Assembly (NCBI GenBank): GCA_964016885.1
Contig: OZ024743.1
Coordinates: forward strand, 196,354,001 to 196,418,000
Direction of reading: 5' to 3'
Source: Eledone cirrhosa
Lineage: Eukaryota
DNA: 64,000 nt
Both the position numbers and the translations under genes were made by a program. How positions within the stretch are numbered: the stretch's first letter is position 1; each line of letters starts with the position of its first letter. Positions 14,003 through 29,041 of the stretch are shown in pieces. The notes under the pieces were generated by a model. The model was not told the origin of the DNA, made no database searches, and saw only the letters and a program-made list of their open reading frames with translations.

Positions 14003-14489
14003 GTTTCTTAGAAAGGACAGATTTTCTTATTTTATTCTGTTGAATATCGAGGATACAGATAACTGCAATGGTTTTTGTTTTTTTTAGGTTTATTCTTTTT
14101 TTTTTCCTTTTTTATGTAGCTTCACTTACTTTTATTGATCTTTCTCACTTTTCTAATAAAGTTTTTCTCGCCATAAGCTTGTCATCTTTTAACCTCTGGC
14201 AGCCAATTCTTTCTTTCCTGAATGTTTTTATACCTCTTTATTTTTATTCTCTTCCTTCAAATTTCTTTCATATATTACGATCACTCGTATGTCCAGTTTT
14301 AGACACAGTTTTACACTGATGTCGAAAATCTAACTTCTATATTTATATACAATGCAATACTGATGAATAGGCACAGCCGCATGTGACTGTCTCTCATCAT
14401 GGGCTTTGCATTTCTATCCAAACCAGAATAATTTACTAAATTTTCCTCTTCTTTGTCCACTTATTCCTGGAATGGTCGTGGGGCAGAGT

Positions 14490-15060
14490 CCTCAAGCACA
14501 CCTTCAAGCGGATCATGTCAGAAGCAACCGTCTCCAAATGATCCGGTTAGATCCCCAAGCGAGACCAGCCCAGCTCATGGATGTTATCCAACTATCTTAC
14601 TCGAGGTTTACTCTTGGGTCTCCTGCCGGTTGGTATTGCCCATAAAATCTGTCCAGCGATTCTGAGACATTCTGACAACATGCCCATAGTATTGGAGCTT
14701 TTCTGTCTCAATTCGGAGAAGTAGCGGCACTACCGGGAGCGACTCTCTTATCTCCGATCTACGCACACTATCGAGTAACGTTATTCCAAAGATCTTTCGG
14801 AGGAACCTTATTTCGGCCGCTGGTATTTGCGATCGTATTCTTTGAGTCATTACCCAAGGTTCATGACAATCGGTCACGGTTGATACAAATACCGAATTGA
14901 GGATAATGAATAAGGCATTTACACCTAACCCCCTTCTGATCACCAAATACTGAAGCTGGTGCATTACTGAACCGGCTTCTGCAATTCTTGTACTTAATTC
15001 AGCCTCCTAACTTCCATCTATATCTTGGAGAGAATGTAAGGCTATGTTATTCAATGCGTC
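14490..15060 (-). mobile_element. RTE-clade LINE 3' fragment (RT C-terminal region)
   Basis: ORF 14608-14964: EPWVMTQRIRSQIPAAEIRFLRKIFGITLLDSVRRSEIRESL...LQYYGHVVRM, typical of the RTE post-RT region. Confidence 0.85.
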
Positions 15061-16158
15061 ACCATCTTTCCCAAATACGGTAGACTATAATTTGAAGGAG
15101 ATTTAAACTATTATTTCTAGCTGTTCGAGAAACCATGTAGAGACTCCCTCATTAGTTAACCATATTATGATGTAGGTGACACTGGTTTAGTAGGTATTTT
15201 GTATTATTAATCATCTGAAATAAATGAGGTTGAAGGATTGAGCAAGTTATCGTGAGACAATGAATTAATGGGTGACAATGTTGAATACAGAAATGGATCT
15301 TTAGTAAAAACTGAAGACAACCTAGTATCTGGCCTTCATCTACAATCGAAAATCCATTAGAATAAAAACCTCTAAGATGTTTCTGTCGTATATAAAGACT
15401 TAGGTAAACTACTTTAGATCGCAATGGATCTGGAATAAACTTCTTTCGTTCCGTGACAGTTATATAAATTCTTTCGAATTGAACTAACCTCATCTTCCTT
15501 GATACCTAATCATGAACACACTATGTCGTCTAAATGTGTGATAATGAAGCAACAACACCTTAATTAAGTGTCAGGGGAGGTTTATTTCCATGTGTTCGCT
15601 CTGATCAAAGATAGTAACAAAAAACATAATAATTTCAAACTATCATACTTCCATTCCTAATTTATTTTCTTTCCCATACAGATCTAAATCCCTTGCTTAT
15701 TTCACGTGAACGTGTCAAACCCACTGATATTAGATTCTGTAAAAATACAATATAAAAAGCTTTCGTAAGGCTGGTGAATGCAATAAACGTCAAGTTCATA
15801 TCACTTGACAAATTTATAGTTGTAATTAGATAGCATTGATTAATTTTACAGCTGTGTCAATCAACAATTGCACTTCTAATTGATACTTCGATTCCAATTT
15901 CAAAAAAATAATATAGCAAAATCGCAAAAGAAAAAATCACTGTTCCATTTTCAGCTTCTAAGAATAACCTTGTTGAGATAGCATTGCACAGAGTCGAGTG
16001 ATAAGACATTCCTTTCCATTTTCTTTTTTCATTTTTTTTTTAAACTAGATTGTCATTAGATTTTTTGTCAATAATAAATTTTAAAAATTCCAAATAATAA
16101 ATTGTAACTATAGCTGCATGCATAATATGAAGTTATGTACGCTAGGCTACGCATATAC

Positions 16159-16222
<64 letters not shown>

Positions 16223-16285
16223 ATACATACAATATATAGATATATGTATTATATATATATGTGTGTGTATATATACATACATGTG

Positions 16286-16410
<125 letters not shown>

Positions 16411-16424
16411 GTGTGTGTGTGTGC

Positions 16425-16479
<55 letters not shown>

Positions 16480-16504
16480 ACATTCTCCTCCCTGCACCCT
16501 TTAC

Positions 16505-16683
16505 ATCATCGTAATCATCATCATCGCAATCCTCACCGTTGAGATCACTATCATTATTATTGTTGATTTTCTTGCTATTATTACTGTCTTTTTTTACTAC
16601 CACCACCACCACTACTGCTGCTGTGCTACTAATATTACCAATACCGCCATCGTTATCATTAGTAGTAGTAGTAGTAGTAGTAA

Positions 16684-16748
<65 letters not shown>

Positions 16749-17300
16749 ACAATGTTATTTTTTTCCTTTTCAATAACAAAATCAAAAGCAACTAGAAATG
16801 CACCAACAACTATAACATCACCATCACCATCACCACCACCAACAAAAACAGCAACAACAACAACAATTACCACCCCTACTACTATTACTTCGACTACCAC
16901 CACAACAACCACAACCACTACTACTACTACTACTACTACTACAAAAGCAGTAACAACCTCACCAACAATAACACCATTCACATTGGATAATTTCCCATTA
17001 CTCTTCTTACTCTAGTGAAAATAACTGTAATGTTGTTTTTATCAAATATCAATTATACTCTGCATCTTTAGCCTCGTAATCTCTCAGCTGTAAATAATGA
17101 GTCGCCGAAATGAAAGGACAACAACAACTAATACTAATACTACTACAAAAACAACTACTAACGGCAACAACAAATATAACACTAACACGGCTATCAACGA
17201 CACTAACACCACTACCAAGAGCAACAACGGCGATAACAGTAACGACAACACGAGCACCACTGACGACGGCAACAATAATAACTGTAATAACAATAATAGA
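16505..17300. repeat. Compound trinucleotide tracts (TAG/CAC/AAC/TAC)n
   Basis: Direct reading; gives poly-S/T/V pseudo-ORFs. Confidence 0.9.
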
Positions 17301-18299
17301 GTTTATCAGAAGCTGGTTACTGGTGGGGTATCGTACGTATGATGGCGCTGTTTTAATGTTCTTTAGAGTTCAGAAGGAAACCAAAGCTGTTTCGTTGTCG
17401 CTTGGCGGCATCGTTTTTGTAAAGAAATGCTAGATAAGACACGGCTATAAGACACAAATGTAGCGTACTGGGGTATGATTGTTAAATATGTGTTTACGAG
17501 GAGAGAGTTACATGAAGAAATAATAGATAACTCTAGATATGTTATGTTTATAGAAAAGTAAATATTCATTTCGCTGTCTCTCCCACACAGTTCATTATTT
17601 AATGCATTAATTAAACCTTTTACGGTTTTTATGTACCTATTTTCTATATCATTACCGATCTTATTTGATAGTGAAGTTAAGTACCCAAAACGAGAAATAG
17701 GTGCAGACAAATTGTCTGTCGATTAGATAAAGATAAACTGTTGGAATGTATTTCACCGACGATGTCTCAAAATTGTTCTTATTAGCAGCCCGCAAATAGA
17801 TACTGGTTGTTGGACGTAAATGAAAAAAGAAAGTATTCTGTTATGGAGCAAAATATTATTTAAGGGAAAATGAAAGACATAAGAGAAGGTAAAATATACT
17901 GTACATTAGTTATCTATATAGCCGTGTTTGCGTACAAAACTAGTAACACGTATATCATTTATACTTATATTTCGTACGCACCCAATTGTGCGTGTCAGCA
18001 GCGACAAAGTATGAGTGTATCTGTGTGGGAGGGAAGGGGTTGAGTGTATCTGTGAAGTAGGGAGGGGTTTCAGTGTGCGTGTGATTCTATGACTGTATAT
18101 GTGTTTGTTTGTTTAATTGTATATATATACTTACGCTATAGAAATACTCAATATTGAATAGAGGTAAAACTAAATATACCTAAACATTTACATAAAAAGA
18201 CGTTTATTACCAAAAGTATTACTACGCACTTACACACAATCATGCGTACGTACACACAGTCAAAGCTATATACATACAAGATGATGGTTGTAGACTCTG

Positions 18300-19160
18300 C
18301 TAAGAGTATTGCAATCGCTTGTAACAGATCCTAAACAAGCAATGCCTGTGCTTTGAAGGTTTTTTAAGTGGGGGAAAGGCCTTGCACTCGACCAATCCCA
18401 CTCTCTGAGCATCGAAAACACTGCCCGAAAGGGAGAACTTGTCAACATCCTCGGATGCTTCCGAAGTCGCAGGTTTTTTTTTTTCAGAGTTTCCCTCTCT
18501 TAGAAAGGTGTTGAGACAACAACTGGAGACCTTTCATTCCCAGGTAAAAGAAAAAAAAATACTATTTGGATGGCCGTTGACTCTGTTGAGTTCCTCCGCC
18601 CTTTGCCGGCTCTTGTATTTCATCTCGCAGGGTGTCCAAATATCACCCTTCTCGTGGTGGATTTGCCGGCTTAGTCGCCGACGACCCGATCATGAGACAG
18701 GTTGTACTGGGTTACATGTTACCAATAGCACTCAACAGCGACCTGACATACATACATACATACATACATACATACATACATACATACATACATACATACA
18801 TACATACATACATACATACATACATACTTGATGATGGCTTCAGCTCGATTTCTTGTAATGCCATCGCTTGATACTTAAGCATCACAGACGAGGCTTTTTA
18901 ATCCTGCTAGGGACTTGCCTATGGCCAGCAATACCATGCATCGCAAAAGATGTCACACATCAAGCGATGCCTGTGCTTGAAGCTTTTTTTAAGTGTGGAA
19001 AGGCTTGGCACGGAGCTAATTCCACTCACTGAACATCGAGTGCATTAGCCCTAAATGTAGAACTGGTCTACATCATTGGATGCAAACGAAGTCGCAGGTT
19101 TTATAGCAGAATGACCTCCTAAAGAGATGTCTTAATGAAGACTGAGAAACTCTCCTTCCA
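18300..19160 (-). mobile_element. Two diverged copies of RTE-derived non-autonomous element, separated by (CATA)n
   Basis: Share ATGCCTGTGC...GAAAGG...CCCACTC and GTTGTACTGGGTTACATGTTACCA with 24640-25380. Confidence 0.6.
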
Positions 19161-19549
19161 CCAAAAAATACATACGTACACACAACAAACACACACATAC
19201 ATAGATACATAAATGGCATATATACGAGCATAAATACATACAAACAATCATACGTTAATACACACGCATACATTCATGGTACAGACAGAAAGGCAAGCAA
19301 AGACCCAGGCAGACATGCAAGTAGCATCTTGTTTATGACTTTACTAACCACACCCAATATATTTGACATTTATACTGTGTCGTGTTAAGTTAATTCCAGT
19401 TACGTGATCAGCGGCAATCCGCAAAATTCAGTAATATAATATAACATGATATGATATAATATAATATAATATAGTATAACATAATATAATATAGTACAAT
19501 GTGATATAATATAATGTAACACAATATAATATAATGTAACATAATATAA

Positions 19550-20230
19550 TAATGGTTTCTGATTTAGGCACGAAGCCAATACATTTTGGGGAAGCGAAAG
19601 TCGACTAAATCAACCGCAGTGCATTACTGGTACTTTATTTTATCGACCCCGTAAGGATGAAAAGCAAAGCTACCCTCGGCATTATTTGAACGCAGATCGT
19701 AAAGGACCGTAACACTATGTAATAAAGCTGATTATCCGACACTCCACCGTCATAATAACATACACAATATAACAAAATATAATATAGTATAATATAATAT
19801 AATATAATTATTTCTACTTTTGGCACAAGGCCAGCAATTACCCAGTGCATTACTGGTACTTTATTTTATCGACCCCGTAAGGATGAAAGGCAAAGTGAAC
19901 CTCGGCGGGATTTGAACTCAGACCGTAAAGGGACGTAACTATGCTGGAAATTATGGCGTCCGGCTCTCTACCGATACTGCCAACCCAATAATATAATATA
20001 ATATAACATAATTGTTTCTACTTTTTGGCACAAGGCCAGCAAATTACCTAGTGCATTACTGGTACTTTATTTTATCGACCCCGTAAGGATGAAAGGCAAA
20101 GTTAATATAATTAGTTCTACTTTTGGCACAAGGCCAGCAATTAAACAGTGCATTACTGGTACTTTATTCTATCGACCCTGTAAGGATGAAAGGCAAAGTT
20201 AACCTCGGCGGGATTTGAACTCAGACCATC
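19550..20230 (-). mobile_element. Cluster of four SINE family A copies in (AATAT)n
   Basis: Consensus at about 19550-19750, 19806-19987, 20010-20105 and 20110-20230. Confidence 0.88.
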
Positions 20231-22059
20231 AAGGTTAAGCATAATATAATATAATATAATATAACATTGTATAATATAATATATTGGTCATTGTTAGTAA
20301 GGATTTTTTGGTATTTCCTTAGTTCTTTCCAGCTTCATCTTCAGAATTATAATAGATATATTAGTGGCGTATAGATCCTATGATTAGCAGTGGTCGTATG
20401 CTATTATCGAAATGGTAGGAAATTATGAACAGATGACTTTAAATTTTTCAGCGGTTGAAGCATAGCAAGTATGAAGATAGAGTTATCTCCTCTTGAAAAA
20501 ACACTTGCTACTTGCTTTCATAAACAACCAAAGCCTTTGGGTGTGTGTGTGTGTGTGTATTTTATACTGCATTTTTTTTTTATTAACAGAGGATAACAGG
20601 AGTTACTGGAAATCTTGTATCAACAGTGACACTTTTAGACTATGGCTTCAATCTCGTTTCAAAACAACAGAAACTTTCAACAAACTCACATAGTTTTCAA
20701 TAGTAAATATCTATCAGAAGACGCTTTTTCAGCAAGGAGAAATGAGACATAATCATTATTTTGTATCTTTACACAAATAGAACTTAGTGAGATTTGAAGA
20801 AGTTTTTCAAGAACTTGTGTCAACCAATTTAGGACACATTAAAATACATATATCTATACATTTGAGATAGCTATTAAATATTAAAAGTGACCGGAACCTC
20901 ACCAAGTAGCTGAAATGTGATTTTTAAAAATTTCGTTATTTTTTTTATGCTGTAGTTGAGTCAAAAAGTCAGCGAAATACTAAATTTCTGTGGCAGATGA
21001 TGACGTTACTAAAATAAGATAGAAATACAATGTCTAAGTATAAACTCTATGAAGGTAGATCCCATACACTAATAGATACGATAAACAACAAACTAAGAAC
21101 ATCTAATCTGAAATACTATGAAACAATTTTGTACCCAAATTAGATTTCATGTGCTGTTAATCAATAATGTACCAATCGTTGTAATGCAATCATTAAATTT
21201 TTACTTGGGCTTCCAGCGAAAATAATTGATTTCCACTTCAGAATCAATATAGAAAATAGAGAAAATATTTTGAAGAACCTGCATTTGACACTAACGTTGT
21301 GATACATGTATATAGGTGTAAACATATAACATTAATTCAGAAACCTAAAATGTCTGGTAGTGGTGGTTCGCAATAAAATGTCTTTAACGTACGCTTTGTA
21401 AAAGTTACACACTTCGTCTGAAAGGAAATAATCAAATAAACATTACTTTCTTTTTAACTAGGCCGTTTATTTTAAGGAAAAGGAAATGGAACATTGTAGC
21501 GAGATGTGATTTAACCGGGAAACGAAACTGGGTCATGGTTTCGAATTACCTGACGTTTATCTTCAGCCCAATGTCGCTCACAACAATATTGTAATAAATC
21601 TTTATTGGTTTCATTAATTTAGACAGGAAGCAGTGTATTTTTGAAAGAGAAAAATAAGCCTCGTAATATTCATGGATTTTGTAAAGTCATAAACGAGAAT
21701 TAGCTTTGAATTTGAATCGAAGCATCAAGTGCGTCCTCCTTTAGCCAGAGTATTAAATTTTGCCCTATAACACTCACTACACACATCAATAAATCTGTTG
21801 TTGATGTGAAGTTCCAGGTGAGTCCTGAAGGATCAGACCTATGATAAACAGACTTCTGTCTGTATATCAGGCAGTGTGCTTAAGCTTATGTTACTTAAAT
21901 TATCCAATTAGTTCCTCATTTTAAAAAAGAAATGATATAAATTGAATAATATTTAGTTGGATAAGTAATTACAAATATTTGACTTGACAATAAATGTGTT
22001 TTATATTGTTGGGATTTTATCTCTGAACCAATGAGATGTGTTTTTATCAAAACTTTTTA

Positions 22060-22505
22060 TCAATAAACGAAATAATCAGTTCGTGTGTTTTATATCGAAT
22101 AATGTTATTATTCGATTCGTTTGCAAACAGCCTTATACGCTATGTATTTTAGATGGCCATCGGCATCCTTTTGTTCTGGCGGTGACATTTTGTTCGTTCG
22201 ATATGCAAATTAGGCTGATCAGCCGATGTATACTTTAGAGAATATTATACATACTCAAGAGTTCTAACGAGTGACACAAGAGAGAGACACAATCTTGACA
22301 AAGGGCAATACCTCAGAAACGATATTGTAGGTTGTTTCTCTGTGTCACCACTAGAACAACAGGATGGCGTTGGTCATGTAAAATACATAGCGTATGAGGC
22401 TGTTTGCTTGCAAACGAATCGAATATTATTATTATTCAATATAAAACTCACGAATACATTTAGGTATCCGCTATGTTAGAGCGAAAAACGAAATTATCAG
22501 TGTTA
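22060..22505. mobile_element. Foldback Penelope-like remnant with central hammerhead
   Basis: About 22080-22168 is inverted at 22362-22455. Related ends occur at 33240-33290 and 62930-63185. Confidence 0.65.
22271..22348 (+). ncRNA. Type I hammerhead motif with U3-A8 variant core
   Basis: ACAATC-TTGACAA(22295-22301)-AGG gcaata CCT ca-GAAA(22316)-CGATATTG-TA-GGTTGT. Stem I extends to GTGACAC/GTGTCAC. The stem II base is imperfect. Confidence 0.55.
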
Positions 22506-23305
22506 TATAATTGAATATCAGAAATATATCGGTAAAATTGTTAAAGAAATAAATAACTTGACAACTTCAGAAGATTGACTTAAAGCTAAGTAACAGTCAA
22601 CCAACACCATGTGGCAGTTATTTGACAATCACAAACTCGCCAATTAAATGTGAAGAATAACACCAATGACACAATATTAAACAGTATACAGAAAATTCTA
22701 TTATTGTCACCAGTGGGATACGACACATATTATTGGGTCCTTAATTCTTTCAAATATCAGCTTCATTCAGTAGAAGAATCACAAACATATGTTTGAAGTG
22801 AAAACTAACATAATTCAAAGTGTAAGATATATAACAAGGAGGAAAGATTGAAAATGGTGAGACAAGTGAACTAATGAAATAGTGATATATTTCAGATTGT
22901 CAGAAATGCATTATACACCAAAAAAATAATAATTATTAAATGAGGTAGTCTGGAACACAGACATTACATATAGATCAGCTTCTGTGTAAGATAGCTTGCT
23001 TGATAAATGATGGTTAACAGTCACTAGGGTTATAGTTGTCGCTGAAGCAGACGTTAAAATAATGTTTTAATGTAAATGAAGATAAAAGTTAAGAAAACTT
23101 CTTCTTCTCAGACTTGTCTTTCTTCACAAGATGATTCTGTGATGTTTTAACAAGCTTTCACATCTGTCTTCCCCACAGACATCAATCACAATTCAACGAA
23201 GGAGATGTTGTACCAGTATATCTCGTTCTATATAAAAGGAATCCGTCACAGAGGTTACTGCAGCATCTGACTTAATCTACATTAGATATAAAATTATAAG
23301 CATCT

Positions 23306-24010
23306 ATGTATGTATGTATGTATGTATGTATGTATGTATGTATGTATGTATGTATGTATGTATGTATGTATGTATGTCGGTATGTATGTATGCACGTATG
23401 TATGTATTTCAGTATGTATGTATATATGTATGTTGGTGTATATGTATGTCGCTATGTATGCATGTATATCGCTATGTATGTTTTTCACTATATGGGTATG
23501 TATGTATATATGTATGTATTTCAGAATGTATGTATGTCTGTATGTATGCTTGTATGTCTTTCAGTATGTATGTATGTCGGTATGTATGATGGTATGTAAG
23601 TCTGTTGGCATCTATGTATGTATGCATGTATGTATATATGTATGCATGTATATTGGTATGTATGTATGTTGCTCTGTATGTATGTTTGTATTTGTGTATG
23701 TATGTATGTATTTCGGTATGTAAGTCGGTATGTATGTATGTCGGTATGTATGCATGTATGTCTGTCAGTATATATGTATGTTGGTATGTATGTATGTACG
23801 CATGCATGTATGTATCTATGTCTGCGTGTATGTTTGTCTGTTGGTATTACGTTGGTATGCTTGTATGTATTCCTGTATGTGGACACATATGCTTGTATAT
23901 GTGTATATATATATAGGTATATGTGTGTGTGTGCGTGTGCGCGCACGTGTCTGTGTGTATATACGTATGCATGTATGCGTGTATGTGCGTGTGCGTGTGT
24001 GTGTGTGCGT
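23306..24010. repeat. About 700-bp degenerate (TATG)n tract grading into (TG)n
   Basis: Direct reading. Confidence 0.92.
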
Positions 24011-24200
24011 GTCCTTATGTAAATATACCTGCATGTATGTATAGGCAGATACGGAATTAAGCATATCCATCGTGTTAAGAAAACCACTTTACAATAATGC
24101 ATAATGGAGCTTGAGCAAGGCTTTTTACTTTTGTTTCGTTTTGTAAAAACATGTGCCTGAAGAATAAAAAGACTTAATTTTTCATCTTCGGTATTTTATA

Positions 24201-24246
<46 letters not shown>

Positions 24247-24255
24247 TATATATAT

Positions 24256-24301
<46 letters not shown>

Positions 24302-24307
24302 ACACAC

Positions 24308-24412
<105 letters not shown>

Positions 24413-24564
24413 TATATATACACACACACACACATATATATATATATACACACATATATATACACACAACTATATATATATATACACATATATACACATA
24501 CATATATTTATATATACATACATACACATACCTACATACACATACCTACATACACATACATACA

Positions 24565-25380
24565 CACATGATGGCTGCCCCCTCGTTGTCGAGTATGGCC
24601 ATTGCACGATATACCATTATTAATAATTATTAATTAATTCTATCGTGCAATGCCTGTGCGTGAAGATATTTTTTTAAGTGAGGAAAGACAGTGCACTGTC
24701 CCAATCCCACTCTCTGAGCGACAGGTTTTGTTTTTTGTCCTGCATGGTTTCCAAAGTCAACCTCCTCACCAAGTAAACTTGGTGGGGTTGCCGGTTTAGC
24801 CGACGACGACCCGACCATGCGACAAGTTGTACTGGGTTACATGTTACCAGTAGCATTCAAGAGTGACCCGACATACATACATACATGGTGGCTGCCAACT
24901 CGTTTTCGAGTATGGCCACTACTTTATATCCATGTAGGAGAACCCCTACCGATGCGCTGAACAAGTGTGACTTTTTAGTCCAGCCAGCGACTTGAAAACT
25001 CTGGTACAAACACTACACTTGTGACAATTATTGACACATAGTGCTGGGCCCATGGTACCATGTGACGACAAGTGCAGAGAGATCTCCAGATATAAAGCAA
25101 TGCCTGTGCCGTGAAGCTTTTATAGTGAGCAAAGGCACTGCACAAAGCCAGTCCCACTCTCTTAACCAAGATGATATTTACCAAAAAGAAGAACAAGTCA
25201 ACATCATTGGATACCATCAGGGTTGCAGGTGTTATATCAGAGTTTTCCTTCTCCTAGAATTCTGCCTTGACAAAGGCTAAGGGGTCATCTCTCCCGGTGA
25301 TTTTGGATGGCCATTGACTCTTAAGAGCTCCTTTGCCCTTTGACAGGTTTTGTTTTTAGTCCTGCAGGATGTCCAAAGTC
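24565..25380 (-). mobile_element. Two adjacent copies of RTE-derived non-autonomous element
   Basis: 24885-25380 is a near-identical inverse of 33820-34310. The 3' end encodes [17 protein letters not shown] (RTE C-terminal Zn-finger-like). 24565-24872 is an internally deleted copy. Confidence 0.75.
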
Positions 25381-25450
25381 ATACATACATACATACATAC
25401 ATACATACATACATACATACCTACATACATACATACATACATACATATAT

Positions 25451-25947
25451 ACAGATTTAAACCGGTGATTTGGGGGGCAGTGGGGTATGTTAGTAACTGC
25501 CTCAATACAAATCTTGAGAAGCTAGGCTTCACAGGAACAGAAAGAACACAACATGTTAGGAAATTACAAGTACAATCCATTAATGGAACAGTAAAATATG
25601 TAAAACATTCCAGAAATTTTGCATCTAATAACTGCATATACACATGTACAGATGCAAAGCATATACACATGCACATATACAACTCAAAACATACACATCC
25701 ACACATACAATAACATCCATATCTACACATGCATGCATTCATACATAATCTACCTAGTTGATGTTGTGTAAATTCCAATGAGAGAGTTTTGTGTCTATGT
25801 TAGAAACCGACTCTCTCTCTATTGGTAAAACTTTGTGAAATTATAAAACCAGAAGAACATACATACATACATACATACATACATACATACATACATACCT
25901 ACATACATACATACATACATACATACATACATACATACATACATACA

Positions 25948-25981
<34 letters not shown>

Positions 25982-26387
25982 CAGATTTAAACCTGTGATT
26001 TGGGGGGCAGTGGGGTATGTTAGTAACTGCCTCAATACAAATCTTGAGAAGCTAGGCTTCACAGGAACAGAAAGAACACAACTTGTTAGGAAATTACAAG
26101 TACAATCCATTAATGGAACAGTAAAATATGTAAAACATTCCAGAAATTTTGCATCTAATCACTGCATATACACATGCACAGATGCAAAGCATATACACAT
26201 GCACATATACAACTCAAAACATACACATCCACACATACAATAACATCCATATCTACACATGCATGCATTCATACATAATCTACCTAGTTGATGTTGTGTA
26301 AATTCCAATGAGAGAGTTTTGTGTCTATGTTAGAAACCGACTCTCTCTCTATTGGTAAAACTTTGTGAAATTATAAAACCAGAAGAA
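25451..26387 (+). mobile_element. Tandem duplicate of R4/Dong LINE 3' end (25451-25857 and 25981-26387) in (TACA)n
   Basis: Both copies match 11986-12392 and share the same 5' truncation point. Confidence 0.92.
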
Positions 26388-26846
26388 CATACATACATGC
26401 ATACATACATACATACATACATACATACATACATACATACATACATACATACATACATACATACATACATACATACGTTTGGCAACTGATGAAAATCCTA
26501 GTGTTGCTTCTTTTTAGAATATTCTACTCGAAAGTCTGATAAACAAACTAGAACGAGAATTATAATTCTATGAATGATAACCTCGAACAAAGCACACAAA
26601 AACAGAAAATGCAAAAACAAAACTGATACAGCCATGTTGAGAGGTATTTATACAGAGAGTTAAATATATTGGCTACTTCTGGTGAGTTCTGATTGATCCA
26701 AGTGATGGTGAGTCACGCTCATAAAATAGTCAGTGAACTATGTTGTGGGTTTGATTCATAGACGTAGTGATATATGGGCTCGTAAAACAGCGGGAATAAT
26801 GTAGTTTGATATATTATTAAAATTATTATTACTATTATTATTTTAC

Positions 26847-26889
<43 letters not shown>

Positions 26890-27088
26890 GGCTATTGGTG
26901 TGATCGGACGTCGTTTTGCTCGCTCCCGTAAGTCTCTTTATTTGTCTGTCATAAATCATTTATTGTAAATTTTTTTTATCTTGAAAGGGACATAAGCCCT
27001 TGGACTTTGTCCTGTGAAGGGGCAACTATAACATTTGGGCATTTCAACTTTGTTTAAAACAAAATATAATTTATTTTCAAAAAAAAAC

Positions 27089-29008
27089 ATGGTGGAGCCA
27101 CGGCCCCAAACTTTGAGTCTGCTGTCGTCTGACAGCGGTTTAAAGGTTCAGAAAAATAACGCTGCCCCTCCCACAACAAATATGAACACCGACACCACAT
27201 TAAACAGTATCGCCAACAACAGCACCACCAACAACAAACTACACCCACAATAATGACAACACCAACAACAGCAACAACAACGACAACAACAGTGAAAATA
27301 CAAATGTGAAGAAAAATGACAACACCAATAACAGCATCAACAACGACAACAGCAACAATACCAACAAGAACAATGACAACAACACTAAGAACATTATCAA
27401 CAACAAGAATACTTTCACTGCGGCAGCAGCCAAAAAGAGGCCATGCTTCATCATGGACCTCAAGAATAGAGATGAAAAGTTGGCCCAGGCCTGGAAGCTC
27501 ATCAAACAGGAACAAACCTAAACCAACTTAACTGTCCCGACAGAAGCCATTGAAGTAGTGGAGCGGAGAACGGTGCATTTCAAATGCATCTCAGCAGTGA
27601 CACAGAAGGTGGCTTTTATTGCACAGGCTGGTGTTGAAGCCGCACTGAGGTGCATGAGGGATGACACCTAATACATAGCGAGGGGCAGACAATACGGCAC
27701 CATTTCGGTGCTGTTTAAGTCAGAAGTCCCACCCCCCTCCCCCCTCTATAAAACATGGAATGACATATTGCAAAACCAGCAACGTCATAATGTACCCCTC
27801 CCACATGGGAAAATGAAGAGCTCGTCTCCGCATTCCCAGGATCCCACCAGGACTTGATATGTGGTGGATCCTGGGATGTATGATTGTGGAGGGGACGGAC
27901 ACCGTCCCGATAAAAGTCACAAGGACTGCTAGGGAGGACTGGTCCGGGGTTGACCTGGAGATACTTCTCCAGAACAGGTCCGAAAATGTAAAAACAATCC
28001 CAGACCACATCCGTCTTCAGAACGGAACGGTGATACATATAATAACTGAGGGGCAAAAGGCCACATTGTTTCGTTTGCGGAGTAAAACCCATTTGCGAGC
28101 CTTCTGCCCTCAACTGCTGAAAGATGCAAGGGTCAAAGTGTTCCACTGCTGCCGACGCCGGGACGAGAACCACCACCAACACTACCACCGGCAAAACTAA
28201 CAGCAACAACACCAATGGAGACGCCACCACCAACATTGGCCACCCAGGGGGGAAACGAGGAAAGCTGTCTAATTCCCCACTTCCCCCAAAAATACACGCA
28301 TAAATAAAACATAAACACACACACCCACACACTTACAGCCACAGACCCGATCTTCTAGTAATGAAGATGAGTGAAAACCAAAATCCCCAAAAGCGCAAAA
28401 AAGAAAACACACAAAGATAAAAAAAAACTCCACAAAGTACAAAAACACCCACAATAAAAAAATGCAGACACCACCCACGCAAACATGTCCCAAAGAGCAC
28501 CAACATCAACACCACCAACACCATCACCAGAATTCCCCAAACGCAAACAACCTAAACAGGCGCAAGAACAAATACACACAGAGACATAAGAAGCCACAGA
28601 CGCCGCACTCACAACAAACACAGACAAAACCGAAACAACACCAACAAAATCATCACCACAACAGTCAAGCAAAAATAATAAATAAATAAAACCGCACCAA
28701 CAAAACATACAAAATTTCGTGCTTGTCGGAAGGGCCAGGCCAGCAAAGAATTGATGGCCCTCGTAGCACGAAGTAAAGAAATCCAAACAGAGGGGAGATT
28801 TTTAAATCGAGTACATTTTGCGTGCCAGAAGATTTGTTTCTGGTACGAATGTCACTCGATTCTTACAAAAGAATTCGAGAGAGCTTTCCTCGGGAAGTAG
28901 AAACCCCGAACGTAAAACCCACATCCAGACTTTTAAAGGGGTTCCTAAAAGAAACTTCACCAACTGGAGGTCGAACTACCCGACCTTCACACGAGCCCGG
29001 AGGTAAGT
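27089..29008 (+). pseudogene. LINE ORF1 relic with Asn/Thr-rich ends and CCHC knuckle
   Basis: Stops and frameshifts. Peptides RIPPGLDMWWILGCM and IIT-EGQK; frameshifted CFVCG...HLRAFCP at about 28067-28110. Confidence 0.7.
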
Positions 29009-29041
29009 AAATCTTTCCTCTCTCTCTTTTAGAATACCAGC

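Noticed and set aside
16539-17342. Mucin-like Thr/Ser/Asn-rich ORFs
   Set aside because: Trinucleotide repeat mosaics with no domain or splice support.
20575-20705. Possible host exon after a T-rich tract and ACAG
   Set aside because: Short open frames with no recognisable domain or partner exon; would need RNA-seq.
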